From: Acidobacteriota bacterium
GTDB taxonomy: Bacteria; Acidobacteriota; Terriglobia; Bryobacterales; UBA6623
Assembly: GCA_027624045.1 (NCBI GenBank)
Contig: JAQBUE010000002.1
Span: 6,339-70,338, forward strand
Length of the DNA stretch: 64,000 bases
Direction of reading: 5' to 3'
Positions within the stretch are counted from its first letter, which is position 1, and every line of letters starts with the position of its first letter. Of the stretch, positions 28,397 through 37,674 are shown piece by piece. The translations under genes were made by a program, and so were the position numbers. The notes below the pieces were generated by a model. The model searched no databases. It was not told the origin of the DNA and saw only the letters and a list, made by a program, of their open reading frames with translations.

Positions 28397-29929
28397 CTAT
28401 TTTTTTGCCGGCGACGTGACCGTCGATGTGACGGCTGATAGGATCGCTTCGATCAGGCCGTCTACGCTGTAGCGGCGGGCTTCCAGGTCGACGTGGAGAC
28501 CGAGCTCGCGGGCGGTGGCGGAAGTGATGGGGCCGATCGATGCGACGCGGACACCTTGCAGGTCTTCCTTGGGGCAGATGGAGAGGAAGTTCCTCACGGT
28601 GGAAGAGCTGGTGAAGGTGATCCAGTCAGGTTTGCGCGGGGCGCCGAATAGCCGTTGCACGCGTGAGGCGGTATCGCCGGGAATGACAGTTTGGTAGGCG
28701 GCGACAACATCGACTCGCGCGCCGCGCTGCTCAAGCTGAGCGGGGATGAGGTCACGGGCGACGAGGGCGCGCGGCAGTAGGATGCGTTTACCTTCCAGAT
28801 TCTCGTCGGCGAAGGCTTCGAGTAGGCTTTCGGCGACGTATTCAGTCGGCAGCCGGTCGACCTTCAGATGCAGGGCCTCGACCTGGTGGGCGGTGGCGGG
28901 GCCGATGGCGCAGATCCTGGCGCTCAGGCGACGCAGGTCGCTTGGACTTTGGTCGAGGCGCTCGATGAACTTGTTGACGCCGTTGGCGCTCGTGAAGATG
29001 AGCCAGTCGTAAGTGTCAAGTTGCGCGATGGCCTCATCGAGCGGCGTCCAGTCCTCGGGCGGCCTGATCTCAATGGTGGGAAGCGAGATCGCTTCGGCGC
29101 TGAGGGCTCGCAGGCGGCTGGTGAGGGCCGCGGCCTGATCGCGGGCACGGGTCACGACAATGCGCTGTCCAAAGAGCGGCAGGCGCTCGAACCAGTTGAG
29201 CTTGGAACGCAGCGCGACGACTTCACCGACGACGATGAGGGCGGGCGGTCGGAGGCCTGTTCGCTTGACCTCGCCGGCAAGTTGGCTGAGCGTGCCTTGA
29301 ACCGTCACTTGATCGCCGCGTGTGCCCCAGCGGACTGCGGCGGCCGGTGTCTCCGGACTCCTTCCGGCGGCGATGAGTCGGCTCGCGATGGCGTCAAGGG
29401 TTGTGAGGCCCATAAAGATGACGAGCGTCCCGGCACGGTACTTTGACCAGTCGATGGCGTCGACATCGTGTCCGGTGACGAAGCTGACTTCAGAGGTTTC
29501 GCGGCGATGTGTGAGCGGGATGCCAGCGTAGGCCGCCACGCCGACCGCGGAGCTGACGCCGGGGATCACTTCGAAACGGATACCGGCCTCGGCGAGAGCT
29601 TCGGCTTCTTCGCCGCCGCGGCCAAAGATAAAGGGGTCGCCGCCTTTGAGCCGGACGACGATGCGCCCGGCGCGTGCTTCGGCGATCAGCAGCTCGTTGA
29701 TTTCGTCCTGCGTGTGGACGCGCTCGGCGCGCTTCTTGCCGACATAGATCGTGCGGGCGTCGGGGCGGGCATCCTCGAGCAGGCAGATGGGGGACAGATT
29801 GTCGTACAGGATGACGTCGGCTTCGGCGATGAGCCGTTTACCGCGGACGGTGACAAGGTCAGGGTCGCCCGGTCCGGCGCCGACAAGGTAGACGGCACCG
29901 CGAGCGGCGTTGGCTCCAGAGAGGGACAT
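28397..29929 (-). CDS. cobA/hemD: fused uroporphyrinogen-III C-methyltransferase / uroporphyrinogen-III synthase
   Basis: The N-terminal half carries VYLVGAGPGDPDLVTVRG and LKGGDPFIFGRGGEE (SUMT). The C-terminal ~250 aa is HemD-like (LFGQRIVVTRA...WLIFTSANGV). Confidence 0.9.
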   Translation of the reverse strand: MSLSGANAARGAVYLVGAGPGDPDLVTVRGKRLIAEADVILYDNLSPICLLEDARPDARTIYVGKKRAERVHTQDEINELLIAEARAGRIVVRLKGGDPFIFGRGGEEAEALAEAGIRFEVIPGVSSAVGVAAYAGIPLTHRRETSEVSFVTGHDVDAIDWSKYRAGTLVIFMGLTTLDAIASRLIAAGRSPETPAAAVRWGTRGDQVTVQGTLSQLAGEVKRTGLRPPALIVVGEVVALRSKLNWFERLPLFGQRIVVTRARDQAAALTSRLRALSAEAISLPTIEIRPPEDWTPLDEAIAQLDTYDWLIFTSANGVNKFIERLDQSPSDLRRLSARICAIGPATAHQVEALHLKVDRLPTEYVAESLLEAFADENLEGKRILLPRALVARDLIPAQLEQRGARVDVVAAYQTVIPGDTASRVQRLFGAPRKPDWITFTSSSTVRNFLSICPKEDLQGVRVASIGPITSATARELGLHVDLEARRYSVDGLIEAILSAVTSTVTSPAKK

Positions 29930-30053
29930 GGAAATTCTAGGTTAGCGAATACCGAGGCGCTCGCCCGCTGAAATGATCCGGCGGCGATCGCACAGTGGCC
30001 GTGTTGCAGCGCGTAGAGCAAACCAGGTTTGTGCAAAGATGTTCTAGCAGGTA

Positions 30054-30293
30054 ATGAGATCAGCCGACCGACAACTCAAGCTTCCTCTGCCACCGCCCCG
30101 CAAGGCCGACCTACTCGCGGTGATCCGTGATCGGCTCGCCGGCTACGAACTGCGGCAGGCGGCACGAGAAGCCAGGCGGCGCGGGGTCGCCAAGCGGCGA
30201 GCCTTGCGCGCCCAGGGCCTGCCCACACTTGAGAAGGATCGCCAGCTTCTGATTCCGGGCCTCGAAGCACCTGAGCCCCACGAATCTGGCTAA
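30054..30293 (+). CDS. hypothetical small basic protein
   Basis: 79-aa ORF only. No motif recognised and it may not be expressed. Confidence 0.25.
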   Translation: MRSADRQLKLPLPPPRKADLLAVIRDRLAGYELRQAAREARRRGVAKRRALRAQGLPTLEKDRQLLIPGLEAPEPHESG

Positions 30294-30405
30294 CCCGTCA
30301 ATACTTGCGGGCTTTGGCGAAACGCATTGAAGCGCGGTGCGCAAGCGATACGGCCGAGCAGAAGTTACGATGCAAACCTGCGCCCTGCGGTGATCGATCG
30401 AAGCC

Positions 30406-30966
30406 ATGCCGACTCCTCTCGAAAGCACCTACCTGCGGGACGCCACTCGCGAATTCCGGCGTCTCAAGAAACTCGCTGATGACGCTATTGCTCAAGTCTC
30501 CGGCACGGACTTCTTCCGCGCGCCCGACCCCGAATCGAATTCCATCGCCCTGATCGTCAAACACATCGCCGGCAACCTGCGCTCTCGCTGGACCGACTTC
30601 CTCACGGCGGATGGCGAGAAGCCCGGCCGCCGGCGGGATCAGGAGTTCGCTCTCACGGAAGAGGAAACACGCGAAGCTCTCATCGAACGATGGGAGCGGG
30701 GCTGGAGCTTGGTGTTCGATACGATGGAAAACCTCACGCCAGCCGATCTCGACAAGACCGTGCTCATCCGGGCCGAACCTCACAGCGTCCTCAAAGCCGT
30801 CCAAAGGCAGCTCGTCCACAACGCCTACCACATTGGCCAAATCGTCTTCCTGGCCAAGTACTGCCGGTCCAGCGGCTGGAAGACGTTGAGCATCCCGCGC
30901 GGCGAGACCGAACAGTTCAACACCAAAATGCGCGAGAGATTTCGGGAGGGGAAAGACGTCAGGTAG
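30406..30966 (+). CDS. DinB-superfamily protein (DUF1572-like)
   Basis: Four-helix DinB-like pattern with conserved His positions (KHIAGNL..., HNAYHIGQIVFLAKY). Confidence 0.75.
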   Translation: MPTPLESTYLRDATREFRRLKKLADDAIAQVSGTDFFRAPDPESNSIALIVKHIAGNLRSRWTDFLTADGEKPGRRRDQEFALTEEETREALIERWERGWSLVFDTMENLTPADLDKTVLIRAEPHSVLKAVQRQLVHNAYHIGQIVFLAKYCRSSGWKTLSIPRGETEQFNTKMRERFREGKDVR

Positions 30967-30999
30967 CTCGACCGCAGGCCATCCAGCGGAACTCGAAAC

Positions 31000-31233
31000 C
31001 TAGGAACCGGGACGCTTCCACGATTCCGGCCAATCTTCCAGGTCTCCGACCGGAGCGCCGTCGACAAACAAGGTATAGAGTGGCTCGGCCGGGAAGTCGT
31101 TTACCCGAACCGACCATGGCACCGCTCCTACGCGGGATTGGTAGGGGTACTCGGCGTCTGTGGTCGCCGCCCAGTCTACTCTTGTCCGAACACATTCGTC
31201 CAAAGCAACGGCAGATTGAGCCCCTCTTTCCAT
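31000..31233 (-). CDS. hypothetical small protein
   Basis: The ORF ends WSVRVNDFPAEPLYTLFVDGAPVGDLEDWPESWKRPGS. Start uncertain: ATG 31233 or TTG 31290. An upstream ORF in another frame looks like a signal peptide (see rejected list). Confidence 0.35.
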   Translation of the reverse strand: MERGAQSAVALDECVRTRVDWAATTDAEYPYQSRVGAVPWSVRVNDFPAEPLYTLFVDGAPVGDLEDWPESWKRPGS

Positions 31234-31469
31234 CAGTGACTTCTCTATCGGCACAATAACATCGACTTGGCGGTCGCCGGACCCGCACAACGTATCGCTC
31301 GACAGAACAAGCGCAGACCTTTAGGGAAAGAATCGCCGCGATGACCAGAAACGGCGGCACGCGCGGAACTCGAATCAGGCTAGGAATACTCTTTGTTTCG
31401 AGGGAGCAAAGACCACACGGTTTCGCTCCGCAAGCCACACCCTTCCAGACGTACTCACTGAGTCCGTTA

Positions 31470-32708
31470 CTAACCTGACACGTCTGACAGCCGCCGTTCC
31501 AAATACCTCCGTTCCGCCTGATTCGTCGCGAGGCGCAGTGCTACTCGATAGGCCGCTGCTGCCTCATCCTTCCGTCCTAGCCGCCGCAATAGATCGGCGC
31601 GCGCCGCATGATAGAGGTGATAGTGATCGAGCTCACCCGCCTGCCTCAGCTCATCCATCAGCGCCAACCCTTGTTCGTATCCATACGCCATGGCCACAGC
31701 CACGGCTCGGTTTAACGCGATCACAGGGGAAGGCTGAATCCGCTGTAACGCGCCATACAGAATCGCGATGCGGCTCCAGTCCGTCTTCTGCGCCTTGGCC
31801 GCCCGGGCATGCTCGGCCGCGATGGCCGCTTGCAGCAAATAGGGTCCTGGATCCACGATTCGCCCCAGTCCCTCCAGCAGGCGCAGTGCTTCCGCGATCT
31901 GGCCATGGTCCCACTTGTCACGGTCCTGACCTTCCAGGACGACAAGCTCGCCATCCGCATCGAGCCGCGCCGCGCGGCGCGAATCCTGCAACAACATCAG
32001 CGCCAGCAAGCCCGCCACATCGTGCTGTCCAGGCATTAACTCGAGCAGCAAGCGCGTCAATCGTATCGCTTCCGAAGCCAAATCGCGCCTCACCAGCGCA
32101 TCGCCGGCGGTCGCCGAATACCCTTCGTTGAAGATCAAATAGAGAACTGACAAAGCGGCCTCAAGCCGCTCCGGCAACTGCTCGGCAGAGGGTACGCGGT
32201 ACGGAATCTTCGCTTCGCGAATCTTCCGTTTCGCTCGCACCAGCCGTTGGGCCAAGGTCGCCTCGGGAACCAGAAAGGCCCGCGCGATCTCCGGGGTCGT
32301 CAGCCCTCCCAAGGTGCGTAGTGTCAGCACAACTTGCGCGTCGAGCCCCAAGGCCGGATGGCAGCACGTAAAAATGAGCGGCAGACGGTCATCCTGAAAC
32401 GGCGAGGGGCTCTCCATTTCATCCAGCGGGGCCGGCGCGTCATGGTTCGCCGCCGATTGATACTCATCCCTCGTTCGGCTCCGCCGCAGACGGTCGATCG
32501 CCTTGCGTTGCGCCGTTGTGGTGATCCAAGCCGCCGGATTGCCCGGAGCCCCCTCGGTTGCCCAATGATCGAGCGCCGCCAGCATGGCGTCCTGCATGGC
32601 TTCTTCGGCTATATCGAAATCACCAAACCGCCGAATCAGCCCCGCGATGATCTTGCCCGACTCCCGCCGGAAAACCGACTCCACTACAGTCCGCACGTCC
32701 TCCGGCAT
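31470..32708 (-). CDS. ECF sigma factor with long C-terminal TPR-like extension (ECF42-type)
   Basis: Region 2 is AEEAMQDAMLAALDHW and region 4 is LTLRTLGGLTTPEIARAFLVPEATLAQRLVRAKRKI, followed by a ~230-aa helical extension. Two DGPF/YCII genes lie downstream. Start taken at ATG 32708. Confidence 0.85.
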   Translation of the reverse strand: MPEDVRTVVESVFRRESGKIIAGLIRRFGDFDIAEEAMQDAMLAALDHWATEGAPGNPAAWITTTAQRKAIDRLRRSRTRDEYQSAANHDAPAPLDEMESPSPFQDDRLPLIFTCCHPALGLDAQVVLTLRTLGGLTTPEIARAFLVPEATLAQRLVRAKRKIREAKIPYRVPSAEQLPERLEAALSVLYLIFNEGYSATAGDALVRRDLASEAIRLTRLLLELMPGQHDVAGLLALMLLQDSRRAARLDADGELVVLEGQDRDKWDHGQIAEALRLLEGLGRIVDPGPYLLQAAIAAEHARAAKAQKTDWSRIAILYGALQRIQPSPVIALNRAVAVAMAYGYEQGLALMDELRQAGELDHYHLYHAARADLLRRLGRKDEAAAAYRVALRLATNQAERRYLERRLSDVSG

Positions 32709-32853
32709 CACAGCTACCAAGGTAGCCGAGAACTCGGCGGCGGGTAACCACTGCCATGTTTGGTGCATTTCCTGGAGGCTTTTGCACGCCACCTCCGCAC
32801 GTCCGGGTCAGGTGGGGGCGAACCCGCCGCCCCCACCTGACCGAGCCGCGGGG

Positions 32854-33207
32854 TTAGTCTCCGAACTCCATCACCGGCCGCACTTCCACCGAGCCGAAAG
32901 GCGCGTTCGGCGCCTTGGCCGCCCAGGCAACTGCTTCATCGAGATCTTTGCAGTTCAGGATGTAGAAACCGCCCAGCTGTTCCTTGGTTTCGGCGAAGGG
33001 GCCGTCGGTCGCCAGTGTCTTTCCGTCCCGAATGCGCGCGGTTTTCGCCATCGATGTCGGCATCAAGGCTTCACCCGCCAGTTTTACGCCCTTCTCATTC
33101 AGTTCCGCCGAATAAGCCATCCAGGCCTCGAAGGTTGCTTTCTGTTCTTCTGGTGTTGCTTTCGCCCTAGCGGCTTCCGCGTCGTAGATCAACAACATAT
33201 ATCGCAT
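32854..33207 (-). CDS. YCII-related (DGPF-motif) protein
   Basis: MRYMLLIY...DGPFAETKEQLGGFYIL...VEVRPVMEF, 117 aa. Confidence 0.85.
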   Translation of the reverse strand: MRYMLLIYDAEAARAKATPEEQKATFEAWMAYSAELNEKGVKLAGEALMPTSMAKTARIRDGKTLATDGPFAETKEQLGGFYILNCKDLDEAVAWAAKAPNAPFGSVEVRPVMEFGD

Positions 33208-33274
33208 GATGAGTTACTCTCCTTGATCGTCTTGTTTATGAATGAGGCTGCCGGATACGCCTCGGCTAACGAAA

Positions 33275-33640
33275 CTAGGGTGCACTGAACTCCAGAATCG
33301 GCCGCACCTCGATCGCGCCAAAAGGGTTGCGATGGATCTCGGCCGCCTCGGCGGCGAGACGCACGGCATCCTGTTCGTTTGCGCAATCGACGATGTAATA
33401 CCCGCCTAATTGTTCCTTGGTCTCGGCAAACGGACCATCGGTGAGGATCGTCTTGCCGCCTCGCACCCGCACAGTCGTCGATGTCGATGTCGGATGAAGA
33501 GGCTCGCCGGCCTCCATCACCCCCTGTCGTTTCCATTCGGCTGAATGGACGAAGCAACGTCTGAACATCTCGTCACGTTCGGCATCGCTCTTGCTCGTCT
33601 CGGCTTCCTCGTCCAGGTAAACAATCAGCATGAACCGCAT
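33275..33640 (-). CDS. YCII-related (DGPF-motif) protein, tandem paralog
   Basis: From ATG 33640: MRFMLIVY...DGPFAETKEQLGGYYIV...IEVRPILEF. Confidence 0.8.
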   Translation of the reverse strand: MRFMLIVYLDEEAETSKSDAERDEMFRRCFVHSAEWKRQGVMEAGEPLHPTSTSTTVRVRGGKTILTDGPFAETKEQLGGYYIVDCANEQDAVRLAAEAAEIHRNPFGAIEVRPILEFSAP

Positions 33641-33853
33641 CGTCGGTGCTCCCTGGGCTTTGCTCCTGTCCATCCGCCTCACTTTCGCGGATGAAGACTC
33701 CCACCAGGAAGTTTCCGGTGGCGTATCGAACCGTGGCCCATTCCAGCATACTCAGATCGAGAACTTATCCTCGGAATCGTGTCCGGTTTTCGGCTCTCTA
33801 CTCTTACGACGGGCGGACCTGCTGCAAATCGACACATGACACATCGCTAGGCG

Positions 33854-33887
33854 CAAAGAATTTGGGCTGCAGCCCACGAAGCAGCCC
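33854..33887 (-). terminator. candidate intrinsic terminator after the trpS-MFS unit
   Basis: The minus strand reads GGGCTGC-TTCGTGGGCT-GCAGCCC (7-bp GC stem) followed by AAATTCTTTG, about 90 nt after the MFS stop. The U-tract is weak. Confidence 0.35.
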
Positions 33888-33974
33888 TCACGCTTAGCCG
33901 GAACAAGAGCTTCCTGCGGTGTGCTTAACCTGAACTTCGACTTGCCTGCCTGAATGGCCCGGCTCGGCTGCCGG

Positions 33975-35246
33975 CTAGCTGGTACGTTTTTCCGCCCAAA
34001 GCGTGCGCATGCTGATGGTCCAGGCGGCGGCCGGCAGCAGCATTGCCAAGCCAACGCCTAGGGCCGCGGTACGGGCCGCGATCGCGTGGTCGATGGCCCA
34101 GCCGCAACTGTAAGCCGCCACCGACGCGGTAACCATAAATAGCGCCAAGTCCGCCGCGAAGACCCGCCCCCGAAAGCGGTCTTCGGTATAGAAGTGCAGT
34201 AGGGTCGTTGAGAACACCCAAACAAGCGAGCCGCCCGCATGAGCCACGACCATTGTGAGCGCGGCAACTCCCAGCGAATAGGACTGGCTGAAAACCATGT
34301 ACGAGACGGCCGCGGCTAGGTATCCGGCGAGAATGCCGTAGCGCATGAAGCGGCGGTTATTCCCCACCAGAGGACCCGCAATGAGTGGGCCGATCAACGA
34401 GCCGATGCCCTGAAAAATTAGCAACAGACTCATCCCAAGCGCCGCTCGGCCGTCGACGGCGAACTCACGGCTGCCGATCACGCTGACCAGTACGAGCCGT
34501 GCGCCCAAGATGCCGAGTCCGAACTTCAGCGTGAGCAGCGAGGCCAGCTTCAGGTCGCGTGCAACATATCGAAAGCCTTCCACGGTCGGCCCGAACCCCA
34601 AAACTTCGTGCCAGCGAAGACGGGCGTCCGGGTCGATGTGAGTTTCGCGGACCGACATGCGGTAAATACACCAAGCCGAGAGCAGAAAGGAACTGGAATT
34701 GAGCAGGAAGACCGACGGGCGGCCCAGATACGCGACCGCAAAGCCTCCGATCGCGGCCCCGGCCGTCACGGTGACCGACCATGTCGTGGCCGATACGGCG
34801 TTGGCGGCTGGGATGTCTTCGCGGTCAACGACATTTGGGAGAATGGCGTTGCGGGCGGATTCAAAGAAGGCCGCGGTCGAAACCTCGCAGGCCAGCAATA
34901 GGTAGAGAATCCAGATCTGCTCGCGGGTCGCGACGAACAGCATGCCTAGTACGACCACCGAGCGGATCAGGTCGGCGAAGAGCATCACGCGGCGTCGGCT
35001 GACGCGATCATTCACGGCGCCCGCCGTGGGGCCGGCGATAAACATCGGCAGGATCTGCAGCACCGCCGCCAGTGCCACGACTTGAGCCGAGCCGGTCAGG
35101 CTTAGAAGCAGATCATAAATCGCAACCGAGTAGAACCAGTCGCCCGTGCCGCTAATCAGTTGCGCGAACCACAGCCGCCGGAAGCTGACGTTGTCGCGCA
35201 GCAGCCGGTAGTAACCAGGAAGGGTGATGCCCGAGTCGTTGCTCAC
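33975..35246 (-). CDS. MFS transporter
   Basis: 423 aa, about 12 hydrophobic segments, and a motif-A-like NDRVSRRRVMLFADL between TM2 and TM3. Confidence 0.8.
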   Translation of the reverse strand: MSNDSGITLPGYYRLLRDNVSFRRLWFAQLISGTGDWFYSVAIYDLLLSLTGSAQVVALAAVLQILPMFIAGPTAGAVNDRVSRRRVMLFADLIRSVVVLGMLFVATREQIWILYLLLACEVSTAAFFESARNAILPNVVDREDIPAANAVSATTWSVTVTAGAAIGGFAVAYLGRPSVFLLNSSSFLLSAWCIYRMSVRETHIDPDARLRWHEVLGFGPTVEGFRYVARDLKLASLLTLKFGLGILGARLVLVSVIGSREFAVDGRAALGMSLLLIFQGIGSLIGPLIAGPLVGNNRRFMRYGILAGYLAAAVSYMVFSQSYSLGVAALTMVVAHAGGSLVWVFSTTLLHFYTEDRFRGRVFAADLALFMVTASVAAYSCGWAIDHAIAARTAALGVGLAMLLPAAAWTISMRTLWAEKRTS

Positions 35247-35249
35247 TTC

Positions 35250-36236
35250 CTAGCCACGGTAGAGGCCCGTTCGCTCCCGCACCAAGTCCATCGTTGCGTG
35301 GGCAATGGGCGTGACTCGTTCCGCCCCCTTCTTGAGGATGCCGCGAATGACGTCACGGTCGGCGGTCAGCTCCTCATACTTTTTCTGCATCGGCTCCAGA
35401 TGGGACACGATCATCTCGGCGACGGTTTTCTTGAAGTCGCCGTATCGCATGCCGTCGAATTTCTCTTTCATCTCATCGTTCGTGACATCCGCGAAGGCCT
35501 GATAGATGTTGAGCAGGTTGCGCACGCCCGCACCGGGATCTTCGAAATCAACGCCGGGCTTGGAGTCGGTGACGGCGCGGGAAATGAGCTTCTTGATGCG
35601 GTTCGGGGGATCGAGCAGGCCGACTGCATGGTTTGCTCCGGGCGCGGATTTACTCATCTTTTCCGCCGGTTCATCCAGACCCATGATACGGGCGCCTACA
35701 ACGGGCAACCGCGTTTCCGGGACGACGAAGGTTTCGCCGTAGAGTGCGTTAAAACGCTGCGAGATGTCGCGCGTCAGCTCCAGGTGCTGCGCCTGGTCTT
35801 CGCCGACCGGCACGATCCCGGCTTGATATAGCAGGATGTCGGCTGCCATCAACGCCGGATAGCAGAGCAGACCCGTGCCCACCGACTCCTGCTGTCCGGA
35901 CTTGGCCTTGAACTGCGTCATGCGGTTCAGCCAACCGAACGGTGTGATGCAGGTGAATACCCAGGCCAATTCAACGTGCGCCGGCACGGTCGACTGCACG
36001 AAGATCGCCGAATGTTCCGGGTCGATGCCGGCCGCGATGTAGAGCGCCGCTACATCCTCGGTCTTGCGCTGGAGTTCGGCGGGGTCTTGATAAACAGTGA
36101 TCGCGTGCTGGTCGACAATGCAGAAGATCGGCTCGTAGTCATACTGCATCCGTGCCCAGGTTTTTAGAGCGCCGAGGTAGTTGCCGATATGCAAATCGCC
36201 CGTCGGCTGCATCCCGGAAAAGATTCGTTTATTCAT
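35250..36236 (-). CDS. trpS: tryptophan--tRNA ligase
   Basis: From ATG 36236: MNKRIFSGMQPTGDLHIGNYLGAL (HIGH-type motif) and the KMSKS motif (EKMSKSAPG). Confidence 0.95.
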   Translation of the reverse strand: MNKRIFSGMQPTGDLHIGNYLGALKTWARMQYDYEPIFCIVDQHAITVYQDPAELQRKTEDVAALYIAAGIDPEHSAIFVQSTVPAHVELAWVFTCITPFGWLNRMTQFKAKSGQQESVGTGLLCYPALMAADILLYQAGIVPVGEDQAQHLELTRDISQRFNALYGETFVVPETRLPVVGARIMGLDEPAEKMSKSAPGANHAVGLLDPPNRIKKLISRAVTDSKPGVDFEDPGAGVRNLLNIYQAFADVTNDEMKEKFDGMRYGDFKKTVAEMIVSHLEPMQKKYEELTADRDVIRGILKKGAERVTPIAHATMDLVRERTGLYRG

Positions 36237-36448
36237 GGGAAAGAGTTTCCACCGCAAGCGGCGCGAAGAAACCTCACATTCTAAGGGGCGGGTGTCAGCA
36301 CCCACAACCACGCGAGCTATTCGCCGCCATCTCGGGACCTCCCGCGGGCACCACGCCTGACGCCTGGAGCGGCCCGAGGACGATGGTATAGTCTAGCCAG
36401 GGTTCGCGGTCACCGCCTCGGTCGTGCGGTTGCCGGGATGCAGGTTCG

Positions 36449-37390
36449 ATGGATTTCGATCAGTTACACGCCTTCTTGGAGATTGTACGCCTGAAGAGTT
36501 TCTCGAAGGCGGCGAAGACCTGCTTTCGGACGCAGCCGGCGATTAGCGCTCAGATCCGCCAGGTCGAGCAGGAGCTCGACACCCAACTGTTCGAGCGCTG
36601 CGGCAACCGTATATCGCTGACAGCGGCCGGCAAAATTTTCGCCGGCTACGCTCAGAAGATCCTCGACACAAAGCGGGCAGCCCTTGATGCTGTCAGAGAG
36701 CTTGAGCGAGTGCCCCGCGGCGAGGTGATGATCGCGGCGAACGAAGCGACTTGCGTCAACGTTCTGCCGCGGGTGTTCTCGACCTACAAGTCGCAATTCC
36801 CACATGTACAGTTGCAGGTGATCCGCTCCTATGGTTCGACCATCGTCGAGGCGGTGCTCGATAACTCGGTGGATTTCGGCATCACCCACCTGCCGGTTCG
36901 CGAGCGGAGGCTCCAAACCGCTCAAATTTACACCGATGACATTCGCCTGCTAGTACCTCCGTCGCACCCTCTCGCGGGGCTTGAAAGCGTGTCGGCCGAG
37001 CAGGTCGTCAGCTATCCGCTGCTGCTGCCCAAGCGCGGCCGCACTCGAACCAGAATCGACGAATACCTCGACCTATATGACGATGACATGAACGTCTCGA
37101 TGGAACTGGAGTCGAGTGAGATGATCAAGCAATTTATCATCGCCGGGCTCGGTGTCGGTTTTATGGCCGTCACGAACGCCAAATCGGAGATCGGGCGCGG
37201 AGATCTGGTGGCCGTCCCCCTAGCGCCTCTTCCCATGATCCGCACCCTGGGGCTGATCTACCGCAAGGACAAAGCGTTTTCACGGCCGGCGCTGGCTTTC
37301 ATTCGGATTGTCGCCGAGTTTGCGGCTGAGGAACCGGCCATCGTGGAAACCGCTGTGCTCGGTCCTCGCAAGGCTACGAAAATCTCATGA
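36449..37390 (+). CDS. LysR-family transcriptional regulator
   Basis: N-terminal wHTH FSKAAKTCFRTQPAISAQIRQVEQEL and a LysR substrate-binding domain, 313 aa. Confidence 0.9.
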   Translation: MDFDQLHAFLEIVRLKSFSKAAKTCFRTQPAISAQIRQVEQELDTQLFERCGNRISLTAAGKIFAGYAQKILDTKRAALDAVRELERVPRGEVMIAANEATCVNVLPRVFSTYKSQFPHVQLQVIRSYGSTIVEAVLDNSVDFGITHLPVRERRLQTAQIYTDDIRLLVPPSHPLAGLESVSAEQVVSYPLLLPKRGRTRTRIDEYLDLYDDDMNVSMELESSEMIKQFIIAGLGVGFMAVTNAKSEIGRGDLVAVPLAPLPMIRTLGLIYRKDKAFSRPALAFIRIVAEFAAEEPAIVETAVLGPRKATKIS

Positions 37391-37674
37391 AGTGGGTATT
37401 GAAGACGTCGGCCGTGCATGTGGCGAAGACCCGTCAACAAGTAGCGTTCCGCTCCGTGCACGATGTCCCGGCCGATCTCAGGCGCGAGATGAAGAAAGCG
37501 CTGGAAGGGCCCGACAGCGAGACAATCTACATTGCGAATCCAGCAGCGTATGAACTGATGGAAAACCGCCGTGATCCAGCGCGCGGCAAGAGACTTTTCT
37601 GGGCCGGCTTGGGCGCCGCCCTGTCCGCCGCCACCATCACCTGGGTCGTACTTACCCTATTTGATAGACCGTAA
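37387..37674 (+). CDS. hypothetical tail-anchored small protein
   Basis: 95-aa ORF with its start in an ATGA overlap with the LysR stop. C-terminal TM LFWAGLGAALSAATITWVVLTLF. Confidence 0.4.
   Translation: MKWVLKTSAVHVAKTRQQVAFRSVHDVPADLRREMKKALEGPDSETIYIANPAAYELMENRRDPARGKRLFWAGLGAALSAATITWVVLTLFDRP

Noticed and set aside
29930-30053. GCCACTG heptamer (B12-box-like) on the minus strand upstream of cobA/hemD, suggesting a cobalamin riboswitch.
   Set aside because: The other conserved riboswitch core elements are absent (GGGAA, GGUG..AAUCC, CCCGCAACUGUAA, GGGAAGGC). The available leader is only about 125 nt, so a lone 7-mer is likely chance.
30959-31438. 159-aa minus-strand ORF whose first part (RVPRVPPFLVIAAILSLKVCAC) looks like a lipoprotein signal. 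It might join by frameshift to the 31000-31290 ORF.
   Set aside because: The join would need a +1 shift at an unidentified site. The lipobox is non-canonical, and the rest of the 159-aa frame is Arg-rich and not coding-like. Evidence is insufficient to call a frameshifted gene.
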